DNA of 63,788 bases, counting the filler, from Reclinomonas americana ATCC 50394 (Eukaryota), in assembly GCA_048213135.1 (NCBI GenBank). It is 9 parts of 9 records of this genome, joined end to end, with 100 filler letters (N's around TTAATTAATTAA, not from the genome) between each part and the next. Parts side by side here need not be neighbours in the genome. Positions count along the whole stretch, not along the records: positions 30,602 to 43,232 come from AFZH01018072.1; positions 43,333 to 48,303 come from AFZH01018073.1; positions 48,404 to 62,663 come from AFZH01018074.1; 6 more parts are not named here. One strand, written 5' to 3'. Positions within the stretch are counted from its first letter, which is position 1, and each line of letters opens with the position of its first letter. The translations under genes and the position numbers were made by a program. The notes below the pieces were generated by a model, which was given only the letters and a program-made list of their open reading frames with translations, was not told the origin of the DNA and did no database searches. Below, piece by piece: positions 36,180 through 49,158 of this stretch.

Positions 36180-39100
36180 ATGTCGCTCGTCAGCTGTGAG
36201 TCGGTGCTGGTGGCACTGGATGCGCTGGCGCAGTCGACATCGACTCCGACTGCGCATGTCGTTGTCGCGTGCTGGCAAGTGCTGCGGAGCATCAAGTCGT
36301 CGATTGCAAGCGGTGAGTGAATAGCAAGCAGTCTTTCACTCTTCTCCTCCTCTTCTCATGCATTCCGTGCTGCAGATAGCGTTGCCTTTCCGCCCGCCAT
36401 TCTGCAGTCGATGCCGACTTGTCCGGGTTTGTGTGTTTCTCATCCTTTGCACTTGCCCGTGTCGTGTTGCTGACTGTGTGAACGGACAAGATGTGGAGGT
36501 GCCAGTGGAAGGGCACGCGGAACGATGTGTGCTGCTATCGCAGGCGCACATTGACACGTCGGTTCGGTGGTTTGCGAGTGGAATGCACTGTTGACTGTTT
36601 GCTCATGCGCGCTTGCAGGATCAGTCGGCCTGTGTGCTTGTCGAGCGGCGCGTTCTTCATCACCTGCTGCATGCGCTGTACATGCGGTCCATGTACGCCA
36701 GTGCATTCCATGTGGCGCGGCTCATTGTCTGTTGCGTGCGACCTCGGTCTCCTCCTCCTCTCCCCCGTCTCCTGTCTCACGCGACGTAGCATCATTACCG
36801 GCACCGGGATGGTCGATCGAGGCGTTGCGAGTGCGTGCACACGTGCTGTGCATGGTCAAAGAGGTGCTCTATGATACCTACCGTGTTTTTCCTCGCGCTC
36901 TCGTTTCCGCGCTGACGCCAGTCGCATGTTCAGTGCTCCGACAGGCCACAGGAGGCGGTACAAGCGGCGGTAGATGGCTGGTGGACCGAGACCACGCGCT
37001 TCCTGTACGAAGACCCAGGTGTGGCGCGTGGCTGTGCACTCGCACGCGCAGTTCTCTCACGCTGCACCTGGCCATCGCAGATCGCACCTCGCGTCGCGTG
37101 GCACACTTGTGCTCCTTGCGGGCTGTGCCCACGGTGGTGGCATTCTTGGATCTGGTGGCAGCGCATCTGGCCTGTGTGTTGCACCTGGTGCTGCGTGGAT
37201 TGAGGAGTGCCGACGACGCAGATGAAGGCCGAGTGGCGCGGTACGCTGCCGATCATGCACGTGATGTGTGCAGTTTGCTGGCATGGTGAGCACCCTGCCT
37301 GGTTCGTGTCACCATTTCTCTGTCGACATTCTGACTTGTGTCCTGCTGCCAGTCTGGAGAGCAGCAGTCGCGAGGATACGTCCGACACAGTCGCTCTGGT
37401 GCGTGTCGGGTGCGTGCCTCTGGTGCCTGTCTGCGTTCGCCACTCATCATTGAACCGCCAATAGCGAGGAAGCCTGTCGCGCTGCTTGACGCTTCTTGCC
37501 GCTCGCCTCGTGATTCGTCGCACAGATTGTGCCGACGCTGAGTGGCTGGCGCAGCAAGCTGTGCGTGTTGCCGTCGCATCTCACCCAGTTTCGGCGCACT
37601 TGCGTGAGGTGTACGAGGAGGCCATGTACGTAAACGTGTGCGTGCGTCTGTGGGTTGCCGACGAGCACGGCCACGAGCCTTCGGCGGTGCTGGACGACGT
37701 GCTGCCGGCGGCTCCTTGTCGATTCGCGCCGCTGCTGACCTTGCAAGGTGCGCGTGTGGCCACGCGCACATATGTACATCTCAACTGCATTACTTACCTT
37801 TGCACGCAGCGGCACGTGCGACGCTGCGCGGACAACCGCAATCCTGCGTCGACCTGCTAAAGGCGAACACTGGTCGCCACCAATCGTCCAGTGCTGTGTC
37901 ACAATGCCTGCTGGCAGAGTCGCATCTGTTGCTTGGCGAGGTTAGTCGGCGAAAAACTTGGGTGCCGCACTGTCTGTCACGTGTGACCCACATGGTGTAT
38001 TGCGTCAGCGTGCTGCTGCGTTGATCGTACTGCAGAAACTGGTGACCGGTTCGTCGTGCGTCACGGCTCTGCACAATGCTGCCGTGGCACAGCTAGATGC
38101 GCCACCGGCATGGGATCGCTTTGTGCGTCTTACGGAGCTGGAGTTGCAGGTGCGCGTGAGGAGAGAGGAGAGGCAGGAAAAAAGAGAGACATGAGACTGC
38201 GATTGTTGCTCACATACCAAGAAATCACAGCTCCTGACAACCGTTCGAGAAGAGCCGGGCGCGATTGTCGCGGCCTCCTTTCCCGGCTGCTGGCAATCAG
38301 TGCGCCTGCAGAGAGACGTGGATGCGATTGATGCGCTGGAGGATGCTGATGTTCCACGGGCAAAGGTCAGCGAAATTCTCGCTTTCTTTTCCTGCACCTG
38401 CTGCTGAAGAAATGTCCGTGATCAGAGTGCCCTGTTTCCGTCGACACTCTCACATCTGTCTCCGCTGCGCTCGGCTCTCGTGCTGGCCCACGTCTACGCT
38501 CGTCGCGGCTCCTTTGCCAAGTGCATGCAGACGTGCCGGCGCATCCTGCGGCAACTAACGCACGTAGAGGTACAGCGATTTATTGTGCACTACAGCCACA
38601 CCCTTGCACGCACCGCCCACTCGGCTGTTCAACCTGCAGGATGATGGTGACGATGGTCGGGGCCGGTGGTGGGGCTCGTTGCCCAACAGTCGTGCGATTG
38701 TCCTGTCGCTGTTCAACCTGTATGCCGTCTCGCTGTTGCGATGCGGTCGTGTCGAGGCCGCCGGCGATGTGTGTCACCACGTTGTGCGGTGCATGGGTGG
38801 CATGGAGCGGGCGCCAGTTGCGTGCACCTGTTGCGAGTGTCTTTGTTCTCTTGCTGACGTGGCTGCCCGACACAGCTGCAATTCGTGGCGCTGCTGGCCG
38901 AAGCCACTCTCGCCGGCGAGCAACCTGCGCGCACTCTCGATCTGCTCGACAGCACGGTGGATCGAGTGCGACAAATGATGGCCACAGTTGCCGGCGGCGA
39001 CGACGACGAGCAGCTCACAGTGCTGTTGTCTGAGCTGCTGGTCAATCGCGCCGTGGTGCTGACGTGCCTGGAGAGGACGGAGGAGGTGCGTCACTCGTGC

Positions 39101-39407
39101 GTGTTTCTTTATGCACACGATACCGCGATGAACGTGACAATGGTGGGCGCAACAGGCACTGTGCCACTTGCGGGACGCGTACAGCGCGGTGGCCACCATT
39201 GGCGCTGCGCATGCGTGTCGCGAGGCTGCGGCGTACAACCTCGGCATACTGCAGCTGCGATGTGCGGCGGCCTCGGGGAGTGGTGACGCCACTGCCCTGT
39301 ATCGCGCCGCTCTGCAGACGTGGGCCGAGCTGCGTGGCGTGTCGGTGGACGGCACGTCGGCGGCAGTAGACGATCGTTTGCGTCAGTTGTTGGTGGATGT
39401 GAGGTGA
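36180..39407 (+). CDS. Uncharacterised alpha-helical/TPR-like protein (many exons)
   Basis: Chain of GT-AG exons from MSLVSCESVLVAL to ..LRQLLVDVR*; TPR-like segments LFNLYAVSLLRCGRVEAA and AAAYNLGILQLR. The exon model is approximate. Confidence 0.5.
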
Positions 39408-39938
39408 GATGCAGTGAAGGGGGAAGAGAGTAGAAAGAGGGTGAAGTAGCGAGAACATATCTCTTGAGGAGGAAACTAGAGGGGAGGGAGTGAAGTGCGA
39501 CGAAGAGGGGAGAAGAAGGGGACAATTGAGACAAAGAGTAAGCTTGCTGGTCGTGGCTGTCCATTCCTCACCGACTGCCGAACAGCCACATGCCAGTCGC
39601 ACCCTTTCGTTCCCACGTTGCCGGCCGTCCCAGTGACCGCGGAGTGCTGCTGCTGGAGGTTGGTTTCGTGAGCTCCCGTGCTGTGCTGCTTTTCGACCGA
39701 CTCAACTTCCGCGCTCGTGTACACACACACACAGATTGCCTTCACCACAGTCATGCTGTGGAAGGCGCACAGCGAGCAAACCGCCCGACGCACAGCACTG
39801 CCACGCTGAGTTGGATGCAGATGGTGGACGACGAGGGAAGGCAAAAAAAAACTACTGCGCCCGCAGCGCCGTATATACTGGCGTGGTGCGTGCGCGAGAC
39901 GATAATTCTAACATCAATGGTGACTGCGGCGCGTGCTG

Positions 39939-40908
39939 TTACAACTGTGGCGCCTGGTCTCGTCGCTGCAGCCATGATTCGCGGTCCTCGGCGGCCATCA
40001 CGTGCAACACTGTGTTTCGCACCATGAGGCATACGAGCATGGAACACAACCGTGCATTGCAGAGAACGCAACTCATAATGTACTCCCGCATGCTCTCGTC
40101 GGGGACTGCGTGGTGCAGGGCGCGCACCATGTCTTCGTCTTTGGTTACTCGCGTGAGATCGGCGGGCTTGACTTCTGCGCGAGAGTGCAGAAGGATGAGA
40201 CACAAGAAGACGAGAACGTGTGTAACCCACAGAGAGAGAGAGAGAGAAGCACACGGAACGCACAGAGCATGAGCAACGCTGAAAGCAGGCACAGATAGAG
40301 AGAAGCACATGGAATGCACTCAAAACACAGGCAGATGAGAGAGATTCGAACAAGCGATCAATGCAGCAAGTCACGAGCTCTCTCCTTGCTCTCTTGCTCT
40401 CTCCCTCTATTTCCCCACTGCATCATCAACTCAGCACCACACACACACATGCACATGCACGCTTGCACTTCTCCTCATCCGACATGGCCACCATGCACAC
40501 TCTTTCTCTCTCTCTCTCACACCCACTCACCTTCCTCCTTGTCCTCCTCATCACCATCGTCCTCGCCCTCCTCATCATCGGCACCCTCATCCCCACTCTC
40601 CGCGCCCTGCTCAGCCGCAGAGTCACCACTGGCCGCCGACTCTGACGCCGCCACAGCCGAGGGCGCCGATGCAGCGCCTGCGGGTGCAGCTGGTGCCGCA
40701 GGGTGCGTCTTGCTCAACCACCGGTCGAGCCACAGTGCGCCAATGGCGCCGGCCGCAAACAACATGTTGGCCGCAGTCGCCCACCACCACGGATCATCAC
40801 GCGCTGTGGAGATTGTCGAAGAGGAGCTCGGTGTTGCCTGCGGGTGAAGCACACACATGAGAGCGATGGAGCGGGAGAGGGAGGATACATGCAGCGGCGG
40901 CTCACCAT
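39939..40908 (-). CDS. Uncharacterised small membrane protein with acidic tract
   Basis: ATG is immediately followed by a GTGAGC intron, then ATPSS..WWWATAANMLFAAGAIGALWL (TM), an acidic stretch, and later exons DMVRALHHAVPDESMREY. The middle splicing is unresolved. Confidence 0.45.
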
Positions 40909-40954
40909 CAGTGTGCAAGAAGAAGATCTTTCGTTGATCGGCCGGCGCGATTAG

Positions 40955-41546
40955 ATGATGTCGTCGCGCCGGCACGTGGGCACCATGCTGCGCATTTATG
41001 CCGACGCCTTTGTGCCGCAGGGAGACCTTCCGCACTCGCGCGTCGTGCAGTACTCGTTGACATGGATGGGTGTGTCTTCAGTGAATGAGGTGAGCGAGTG
41101 CATGTGTGTGTGCTCATGCGCATGTACACGCAGATCTGTGGGAAAAGCAGCGCATGGAGGCAGACGAGGAGCGCGATGAGCTGGCGGCGATTGCACAGGT
41201 GCCTGCCGGACCACTTGTCCACTGGCTGCAAGTGGTGTGGAGGACGGTGCTGGCGCCGTTGTGGCAGCGTGCGCGCGTGTCTACGGTGGACCGCGTGAGC
41301 GCTGGTGCGGGGGCGTCGTTGCTGGAGGCGATGCGACGCAGTGATCGGAGGATTGCCGAGGAGCGTGAGCGAGTGCGTGTGCATCTCGAGCTGGAGCGCG
41401 CACCACCGTCGGCATCGCTTGCACCGGCCACTGTTGCTGCGAGGGATGCCGAGGTCGCGTCGCCATCCCCACCACCATCACCGACGGCCGTGGATCCACT
41501 CATGCAGGACGTTCGATCGCTGTTGGCCAGCGTGACGCACCGGTGA
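40955..41546 (+). CDS. Uncharacterised protein (2 exons)
   Basis: MMSSRRHVGTMLRIYAD..WM splices in phase to DLWEKQRMEADEER..LLASVTHR*. Confidence 0.5.
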
Positions 41547-41727
41547 CAGCTTGCACACCTGTTTCTTTGGCTTTCGCAAGCAGAGATGCGACGGCCGGTG
41601 CCTCACTCGCCGATGCTTATTCACCGTAGGAGCGCAGCCAGGGCTTCGCCACGGAGTGCAAGTATCATTGACGCCATCGACGGAACGCAGTACAGGATGC
41701 AAACAAGCAAGTCATTATATGTTTCTA

Positions 41728-43232
41728 TTATGATGATTCATCAGCTTGGTGGCGGTGCAGCAACTGGCGCAGCACGGCACGCATCTCCGCCAACTCGCTC
41801 TCGAGCATTTCGACGCGAGCTTCCAGCGCGCTTCTCCTCTTCTCCTCGTCAGCTAACCGTTCCGTTTGCTCGTTCACGGCGTCCACCAAAAGCGCGGTGA
41901 GCGCCTTGTAGTTGACATGACGCACGGTGGTGTCTACGTGCCGATGCGTCTCATGCATGACGAGGCCAGATGCGCGGACCAACTCTGGAAACGCTGCCTC
42001 CAATTCCTGAGCCAGCACGCCGTACTCGGCGGAGCCGGGCCTCCGGCCAAGGGCGGAGGCGCCGGGTGCCCAGGTGAAATCGTACGAATGAACTGAGCGC
42101 AGACGCTGCGCCACGTCGCCCCCAATGCGTCGAATGTTCGTTTTGAAACGCGCATCCGACAGGTCATTGGTGGTAGCACAAGCGTAGATGTTACCGATCG
42201 AATCCGTGAAGCTCAACTGCGCGACAGGTGCAGCACGACAGGGAAAGAGTAAGCACTTGCGGGAGTATGCATACACATAGTGCACAGAGTTGCACATGAT
42301 CACTCACCCGCTCGCCAAGTGAATTGACGGAGCGGAAAAAGATTGTATTCCACGGCCCCCCGTTTGCCATCGGCGGCGTTACGAACGACTGATTGTGCTT
42401 CAGCATCAGGTATCCATTGTCATTGGAACTTGCCGGCGATACGAACACGTTGCCACTGGCAACAGAGAGATCTGCAGCTATCGATGCCACACCGCCAACA
42501 TCCAGCGTGGACGACACACTCATGGAGGAACACGCTGCAAGTCCAGCGACTTGCAGGCCATCCATCACGGTGGCGGTGCCGCCGACTGTCAAGTTACCAG
42601 CCGCTGTCAGACCACCGCCCACACTCAAGGAGCCAGCAAAGGTCGAGGAGCCAGTGCCTTGGACCACGAGCACACCAGGGTTGGCAATGGTGAGGGTGTT
42701 TCCTAGCTGGAGACCGCCTGTCAGCGTCGTAAGACCGACCACACTCAACGATCCTCCGAGCAGCGTGGCACCACGGCCAACGGTCAGCGTGCTTGCCGAG
42801 AGCAGTTCCAGGCTGCCGTTGACAAAAGACACGCCGGCTACGTTCACGCCACCGCCTAGGGTACAAGCGCCAGCTACTGACAGGCTGCCTCCGAGAGTGG
42901 TGGCGCCTGTTCCCACTGAAAACGAATTCGTACCAAGCACCTGCGAGAGAGGACATGTCACAAAAACAGGCGAGACGAGTAACGCCACACACCCCAGCAC
43001 CTCCGTACCTGCAAAGGACCACTGTGACTGGCACCCACACCGACAATACTTTGCGCAAAAGTAGCGATCCCATTCACGAGAACAGAGGCGCTCGCCGTCA
43101 GCGGCCCGCGCACCTGCAAGTCTTGCACCGTGGTTGTGCCCGCCGACACTGTCAGTCCACCGCCAAGTGTCGTCAACCCGCTCGCCACACTCAGCGTCGC
43201 CGGCGCATTCAGCTGCACAGCACCATTGAAGG
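41728..43232 (-). CDS. Tail-fibre/adhesin-like beta-repeat protein with C-terminal peptidase S74 intramolecular chaperone and coiled coil (5' truncated)
   Basis: G/T/V/L/S repeats (TTLGGSLSVAG etc.), then SDARFKTNIRRI..Y.F.W..GVLAQELEAAFPELV..VNYKALTALLVDAVNEQ..LEARVEMLE; introns at 42941-43008 and 42217-42307. Confidence 0.85.
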
Positions 43233-43332
43233 NNNNNNNNNNNNNNNNNNNNNNNNNNNNNNNNNNNNNNNNNNNNTTAATTAATTAANNNNNNNNNNNN
43301 NNNNNNNNNNNNNNNNNNNNNNNNNNNNNNNN

Positions 43333-43470
43333 GGGGAAGGAACAGGGGGAAGGAACAGGGGGAAGGAACAGGGGAAGGAAAGGGAGAAGGAAGGGGGAAG
43401 AAAAGGGGGAAGGAATCAGGGAAAGGAACAGGGGGAAGGTAAGGGGGAAAGAAAGAAGGAAGGAAAAGGG
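43333..43470. repeat. Purine-rich minisatellite (GGGGAAGGAACA-like units)
   Basis: Tandem degenerate 12-13-nt units at the contig edge. Confidence 0.8.
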
Positions 43471-43599
43471 AGACTGACCAAAAAAGACACCGAGCACATG
43501 CGCAGCGAAAGATGATGATTACTAAGAACAAAAATTCAAGACTTCGCATCCACGTAGAGGACTAACAAGGACACAAGCAGACGCACTCACACCTCGCAA

Positions 43600-46500
43600 C
43601 TGGACTCCCCTTCCCCTCTCTATCTCCCACCCAACGCACCACCCGACGACAGCGTGGCAAACAAGCGCTTCAGAACTTGCGCCGCTCGCGATGACACGGC
43701 AGACGCCGTCATCAGCGGCGACATGCACAGCGCCACTTGCGTCTGCACGTCCTGACTGGGCGTGCCCAGCGCATCGAGCAGGCGGCTGAAGATGGCCCAC
43801 ACCTACAAGAAGTGAAATAAGTGAGCTCATTGCAGCCGCCCTTCGCTTTCCTTCCATCGCACCTTGTCACTGTCGCCGTCCAAGTGAATGGCCAGACTGC
43901 CGAGGAAAACCACCACGCTGCTGACTGCAAAATCGGAGCCGCGGTCCGGACCGTCCAGGAACATTTCAAAGAGCGGCAGCAGCAACGCCACATTCTGTCG
44001 GCCGTGCTCCTTGATGTGCTTTTGACCGGCCTGCACGCACGAATCACGTGAGTCGACGCATCGAGAATGTTGACAAGAACACAGGCCACACGAACCTCGA
44101 CCATGCGCTCGCGCACCAATGCGCTCTTGTCAAAGAGCGCCTTGGAGATGAAGAACGTGAAGAGCACCGGCAGGTTGGCCGGCGTCAAGGCGCGCGGCAG
44201 TTCGGCCAACACAGAGGCAATGCCGACACGCGCATGCTCCTCCGTGTCCTGTGCGAACTGCGCCAACGAGCCTTCCATGATCGGCAGCTGGTGGGGGGAT
44301 ACAACTGGGTGAGTTTGCGTGAACACTTGGTGAACGGCAGGACGAACACGCAAGACCTTTTCCGTGTACAGGGCAAACAGGCGGGAGAGGGTGGCGCCGG
44401 CTGTCTCTGGGTACTCGCCGAGAGCACGCAAAAACGCTTGACCGACAAGGGTGCGGATCGAGTCCTCGCGCGTGCCCATCAAAATGTCGAGCAGCACCGA
44501 GCAGTAGTCGGTGGCTAATGCTGGGCGTGAGTGACCAACAACAACGCACGCACGACGACAAGGAGGAGCGACGGACGCAACTCAGCGGCTTGCCGTACTG
44601 TCGCCACACTTGCTGGGCCGCATCGGCCGCATGAACGTCACGCTCGCCGCACGCCAACCACAAGCGAATGTGGAAGAGGTGCAGCGACGATGGCACCTTT
44701 TGCTCCACGCCGGTCAAGTCGTCCTCGTTGACTTCGTCGGCACGACCAAACACTCGCAGGCCCACAGCCGCAGTGGTGCGCACATGCTGTTGGGCACTGA
44801 GGAGGCTGGAGAGGAACGGCTCCAGTGCGTTGAGCGTCGGTGCCAGGTTCTGCGCCAGTGCGAGCAGGCACCAGCGAGCGCGTGGATGCAGCATCGGAAT
44901 ACCGGCAGACAGCACGTGGAAGAGTGTCTTGCAGGCGGCCTTGGGGAAGGGGAAGTTCTCCCACTCCACGTGCAACGCAAGGGCGTCGAGCACGGCCTGG
45001 TGCTCCGGCACACCCCAGTGGCCTACACATTAAAACAAGGGTGTTCAGAAAGCAGCAGTGAGGCGTTCGGAAGCGGCACATGCGCGCACCGAGCAAAATA
45101 GTCTCCAGCAGCGGGTACGTGATGGTGAACGGAATGTACTCCATCTGGTTGAGGGCAGTCATCTTCTCGAACACAACGGCCAACATCTCCGGCTCCGAGT
45201 CCTGCAGTAGGAGGATGATAATGGTGAGGACAGTGCGAAGGGAATAGAATAATATGCGAGAAAACTCACCGACTCGCATCGCGTGTCGTCGAGCTTGTCG
45301 CCGACCAAGCTGCATATCCACGTGGTGAGCAATCAATCGTGTATGACACATGTGACACAAAGACGCACCGACTGAGCAAGCGCACGACCAGTTCGAGGAA
45401 CGGTGCCACCCAGCCTTGCACCGACGCCAAATGCAACAACATGGCCGCCGCACGCTTGTGCAGGAACGGCGACGACAACTGGTGCACGGCCATGTCGACC
45501 AGTGTCGTCATGAACGGCTTGAGGATGCCGGGCACTGAGCGGACAATGAAGCCGAGTGCCTGCACATTCACACTGCAAGTGTGAAACAAAAGGTATCACT
45601 GACAATCAGGATGCAACGAACACACCTCCAACACGGCGCCAGCGCGGTCGGCAGCAGCCAGAATCGGGCGACGGATCTCGGCCTCCTCGGCACGCACTTG
45701 CTCAATCAGCTTCTCCAGACGAGCTTCGGGAGTCTGTGTATATTCAATCAACACAATCAGCGCCATGTTCACCGCAACACGGCTGAAGAAGGCGCGAGAA
45801 ACGCAACATCTCCACGCTTGCGGGCCTGCTCGCGACGAATCTCGGCCTCCCACGCATCGTCCTGTAAATAACACTCGGTTGAGCAGCACACTCCTCTCTC
45901 TCCAGATGAGATCCTCGTCGCACGCAACTGCAGCCTTGCCCTTCTTGCCAGCCGCCGCCGGAGCACCCTTCTTGCCTCCCGCCGCGGCAGCCGCTGGCTT
46001 CTTCTTCTTGTCCTCTTCGTCGGCGACATCGCGAATCGACACTGTGAGGAAGAAAGTGAGTGCCTCAGCAAAAAGAACAGGCTGCCAGACGACGTGAGAA
46101 TCCCACCTTTGCGGTACATCTCGCCCACCGGTGTCAGCGCAATGGCCAACTCCGTGCTGGAGAGACGCGACAAAACGTCGCGCTCGTTCTGGAACTTGTG
46201 CGCAAGGCGCGGGAACAGCTCCTTCAGCACCGCCGCACCACCAAGTTCACACAGCGAGCTGAGTGCCAGGAATGCCGCACGACGTGTGAAGCGAGCCGTG
46301 GAACCCAGCGCGTCGTCCGACACCAACAGGTTCACGGTGGTGTCCACGTGGCCGAGCACCAGCAGCAGGAGACGGGAGCCCTGCACAGATTACCAGAGAT
46401 GGTGGTGAGACGACAAGAGGAGGGGAAGGAAAAGAAGAGAAGACTCAAGTCACCTCTCGAGCGACGAGACGCGACCAGAGAGTCTCGCCTGCGCGGTGAG

Positions 46501-49122
46501 CCTCGGTGGTCACGTGCGACGGATCAAAAGTCGGTGACAGGAACTCGGTGTGTGTGCACATCAGCAGGGCGCCCGGCAACATTGGGTGCGTGTGCAGAAT
46601 GTCGGGTGACGGCAGCGGCATGGTGGCGAGCAGGAGCGTGCCGAGACGAGAAAAATTGCGATTGAGAGGTGCCACTCCAGATCCCGAACCTAAAACCACA
46701 CCCCCATCAACACACTGCACATTGTGTGCGCACTTTTGTGACAACAACACTCACCACCAGCACCAGCGGCAGGTGCCGCCGCAGATGACGACGATCCCGA
46801 CCCCGAGGCACCACCAGCTGACTCAGCGGCCACCTGCAGTGGCGTCGTCAACAACCGGCGGCGGCACTCGTCGGCATGAGCGGCCACGGCAGGTGCCTCG
46901 GCGGCCACGAATTCAGCAATCGTCACCGTCAACTCGGCCGATACAAAGGCTGCTGTCTCCGTCTCACCCCTGGAATTCAAGTAGATGCCCAGCTGCTTGC
47001 ACGCGGCCACGGCGGCACGAGGCACTGCCCACTGCATGTGCGTGGCCAGCTGCACCCATATCAACCACAGGCTGCGTATAGATAAGACGAGGAGGGCGTC
47101 AGAAGGATGGGGGTTTTCGGGAGAACGTCAACGACATGATTGCAGACGTACTTTTTCCGTTGTGCGGCACCGCGCACGAGCGGGAATGCGTATCGCACAA
47201 GACCGTCGAGGACGCGCACCAGCACCAAACCCGTGTTGACGTCGCACCGACCAGCCTGCTCCACACCGAGGCCGAGGAAACCGTTGCCGCCGCCCTTCTT
47301 CTTGCCAAACAAGGCCGGTCCCAGCGGTGAGGTCGACAGGTCTGCGTCGCTACCATTCAGCAAAAAAGGGCAGAACAGCAAAGAATCATGGATAGCACCG
47401 CCCAGAACTCACCCAGTCGCGACTCGCCAGGGTAGAGGAGACGCACCAGCACACCGAGTGCGTGGGCCGTCTGCGAGAACAGCACAGGTCGCTCGGCGTT
47501 GGTGTTGACAAAGGCCACCAGGGGCTCCGACAGCTGCGCAACGGCCTGTGGTAATAATGCGAGAAATAAAGAGTGAGAAGGAGGATTGGAAGACAAGGCG
47601 ACAAAGCTCACTTCCCGCAATGATAACTCACCGCCAGCCGAAACTCGGTGGAGAACTCACAACCACTCGCCACTGCCGTCGAGTACGAGGCAAACACCTC
47701 GGCCGAGACACCGTCGACACGATTGAGTGTGCGCTTGTAGTTGTCGATCAGACGCGCCGGTGGGGCGGCCGACGACAGAGACGTCCACTCGTGCAACGCT
47801 CGCGACGCAGCCCAGTGCACCATGGGGTTGTCTGTGGGCGGAGTCGCCGGGGTGAACACAGGCAAGCACGGGGGCAAAGATAAACAAAAAAATGGCGCAA
47901 CTCTCTTCCGCCAGATACGTAGCAATGGCGGCGAGAACGGGCTCGCTGATTTGCGCACGATCGGCCGGCAGCATCGCAGACGATGTGAGGAGGAGAGAGC
48001 AGCGACCCAGGGTACCAATAACGGCGTCCTTGGCCACTGGCGTGGTCGCCTGGCCACCGCTCACGCGGTCACACAGGGCGGCAAGCGCAGGGGCGAGGAC
48101 GGCGGGGGAGTTGCAGTGGGCGAGGAGTTGTGCGATTGACACGGAGCCGTGTACGCGGTACACGGGGGCCTGTGGGAGAAGGGGGAAGGGAGAAGGGGTA
48201 AGGAGGGGAAAGGAGGTGGGGGGTGGGGGGGGGGGGGGGGGGGGGGGCAGTCGAGGTGACGTACGACCACCGTACGAAAACGGAAAAAACGGTCTCCGTA
48301 CCCNNNNNNNNNNNNNNNNNNNNNNNNNNNNNNNNNNNNNNNNNNNNTTAATTAATTAANNNNNNNNNNNNNNNNNNNNNNNNNNNNNNNNNNNNNNNNN
48401 NNNGGGTGAGCGCGTGGGAGAGAGAGGGTGTGGGTGGGGGGGGGGGGCATCAGTGACTGACACCTCACAAAAAAAGGCTGTCCCTCAAACAACCTCGCTA
48501 CAACTTCTCAACTCACTCCTCTCCTCTCCCTTATCCTCTCGCTCCTGCAGCTTGAAGTTTCACAAAGATTCGTCACCGTCGCCCTCTCCCTCAATCTCTT
48601 GCTACTGTCTCGCGATGATTCTCTCCGAACACCCATTTCACTCCTTTCTTTCAGTTTCTCATGATTTGTACTCTTCGCCCTCTCACTACTGTCTCTCGCT
48701 ACTGCTCCTCGAACACCCTCATTTCTCCCATTGCGCTCTCAAATCATCTCCTTACTCTTCCTCACTCTCCATCATTCTGTCGCTGCTTCTTCTCGAACAC
48801 CCTCGCACCCTCTGACCCTGCTCTCCCGTTTTCGTGAGACACTTTTCTCCTCCGTTCCCTGGCTCTTGCTTCTTGTCTCTCGCTACTGCTCCTCGAACAC
48901 CCTCATCCCTCCCGCGTCACGCACTGGTCCGACTGTGCTCTCAAATTATCTCCTCACTCTCCCTCACTCTTCATTCTGTCGCTGCTTCTTCTCGACGCCC
49001 TCTTCACCCCTCTGACCCTGCTCTCCCGTTTTCGTAAGACTCCTGCTTCTCGATGCTGCTCCTCAACACCCGCTTTTCCTCCCAATCACGCATTGGTCCG
49101 ACCCTGATCTCCCAAAACACTC

Positions 49123-49158
<36 letters not shown>

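Noticed and set aside
39590..39810. Possible 47-aa two-exon peptide gene (MPVAPFRSH..IAFTTVMLWKAHSEQ..)
   Set aside because: It is spliceable but too short and featureless to support without transcript data.
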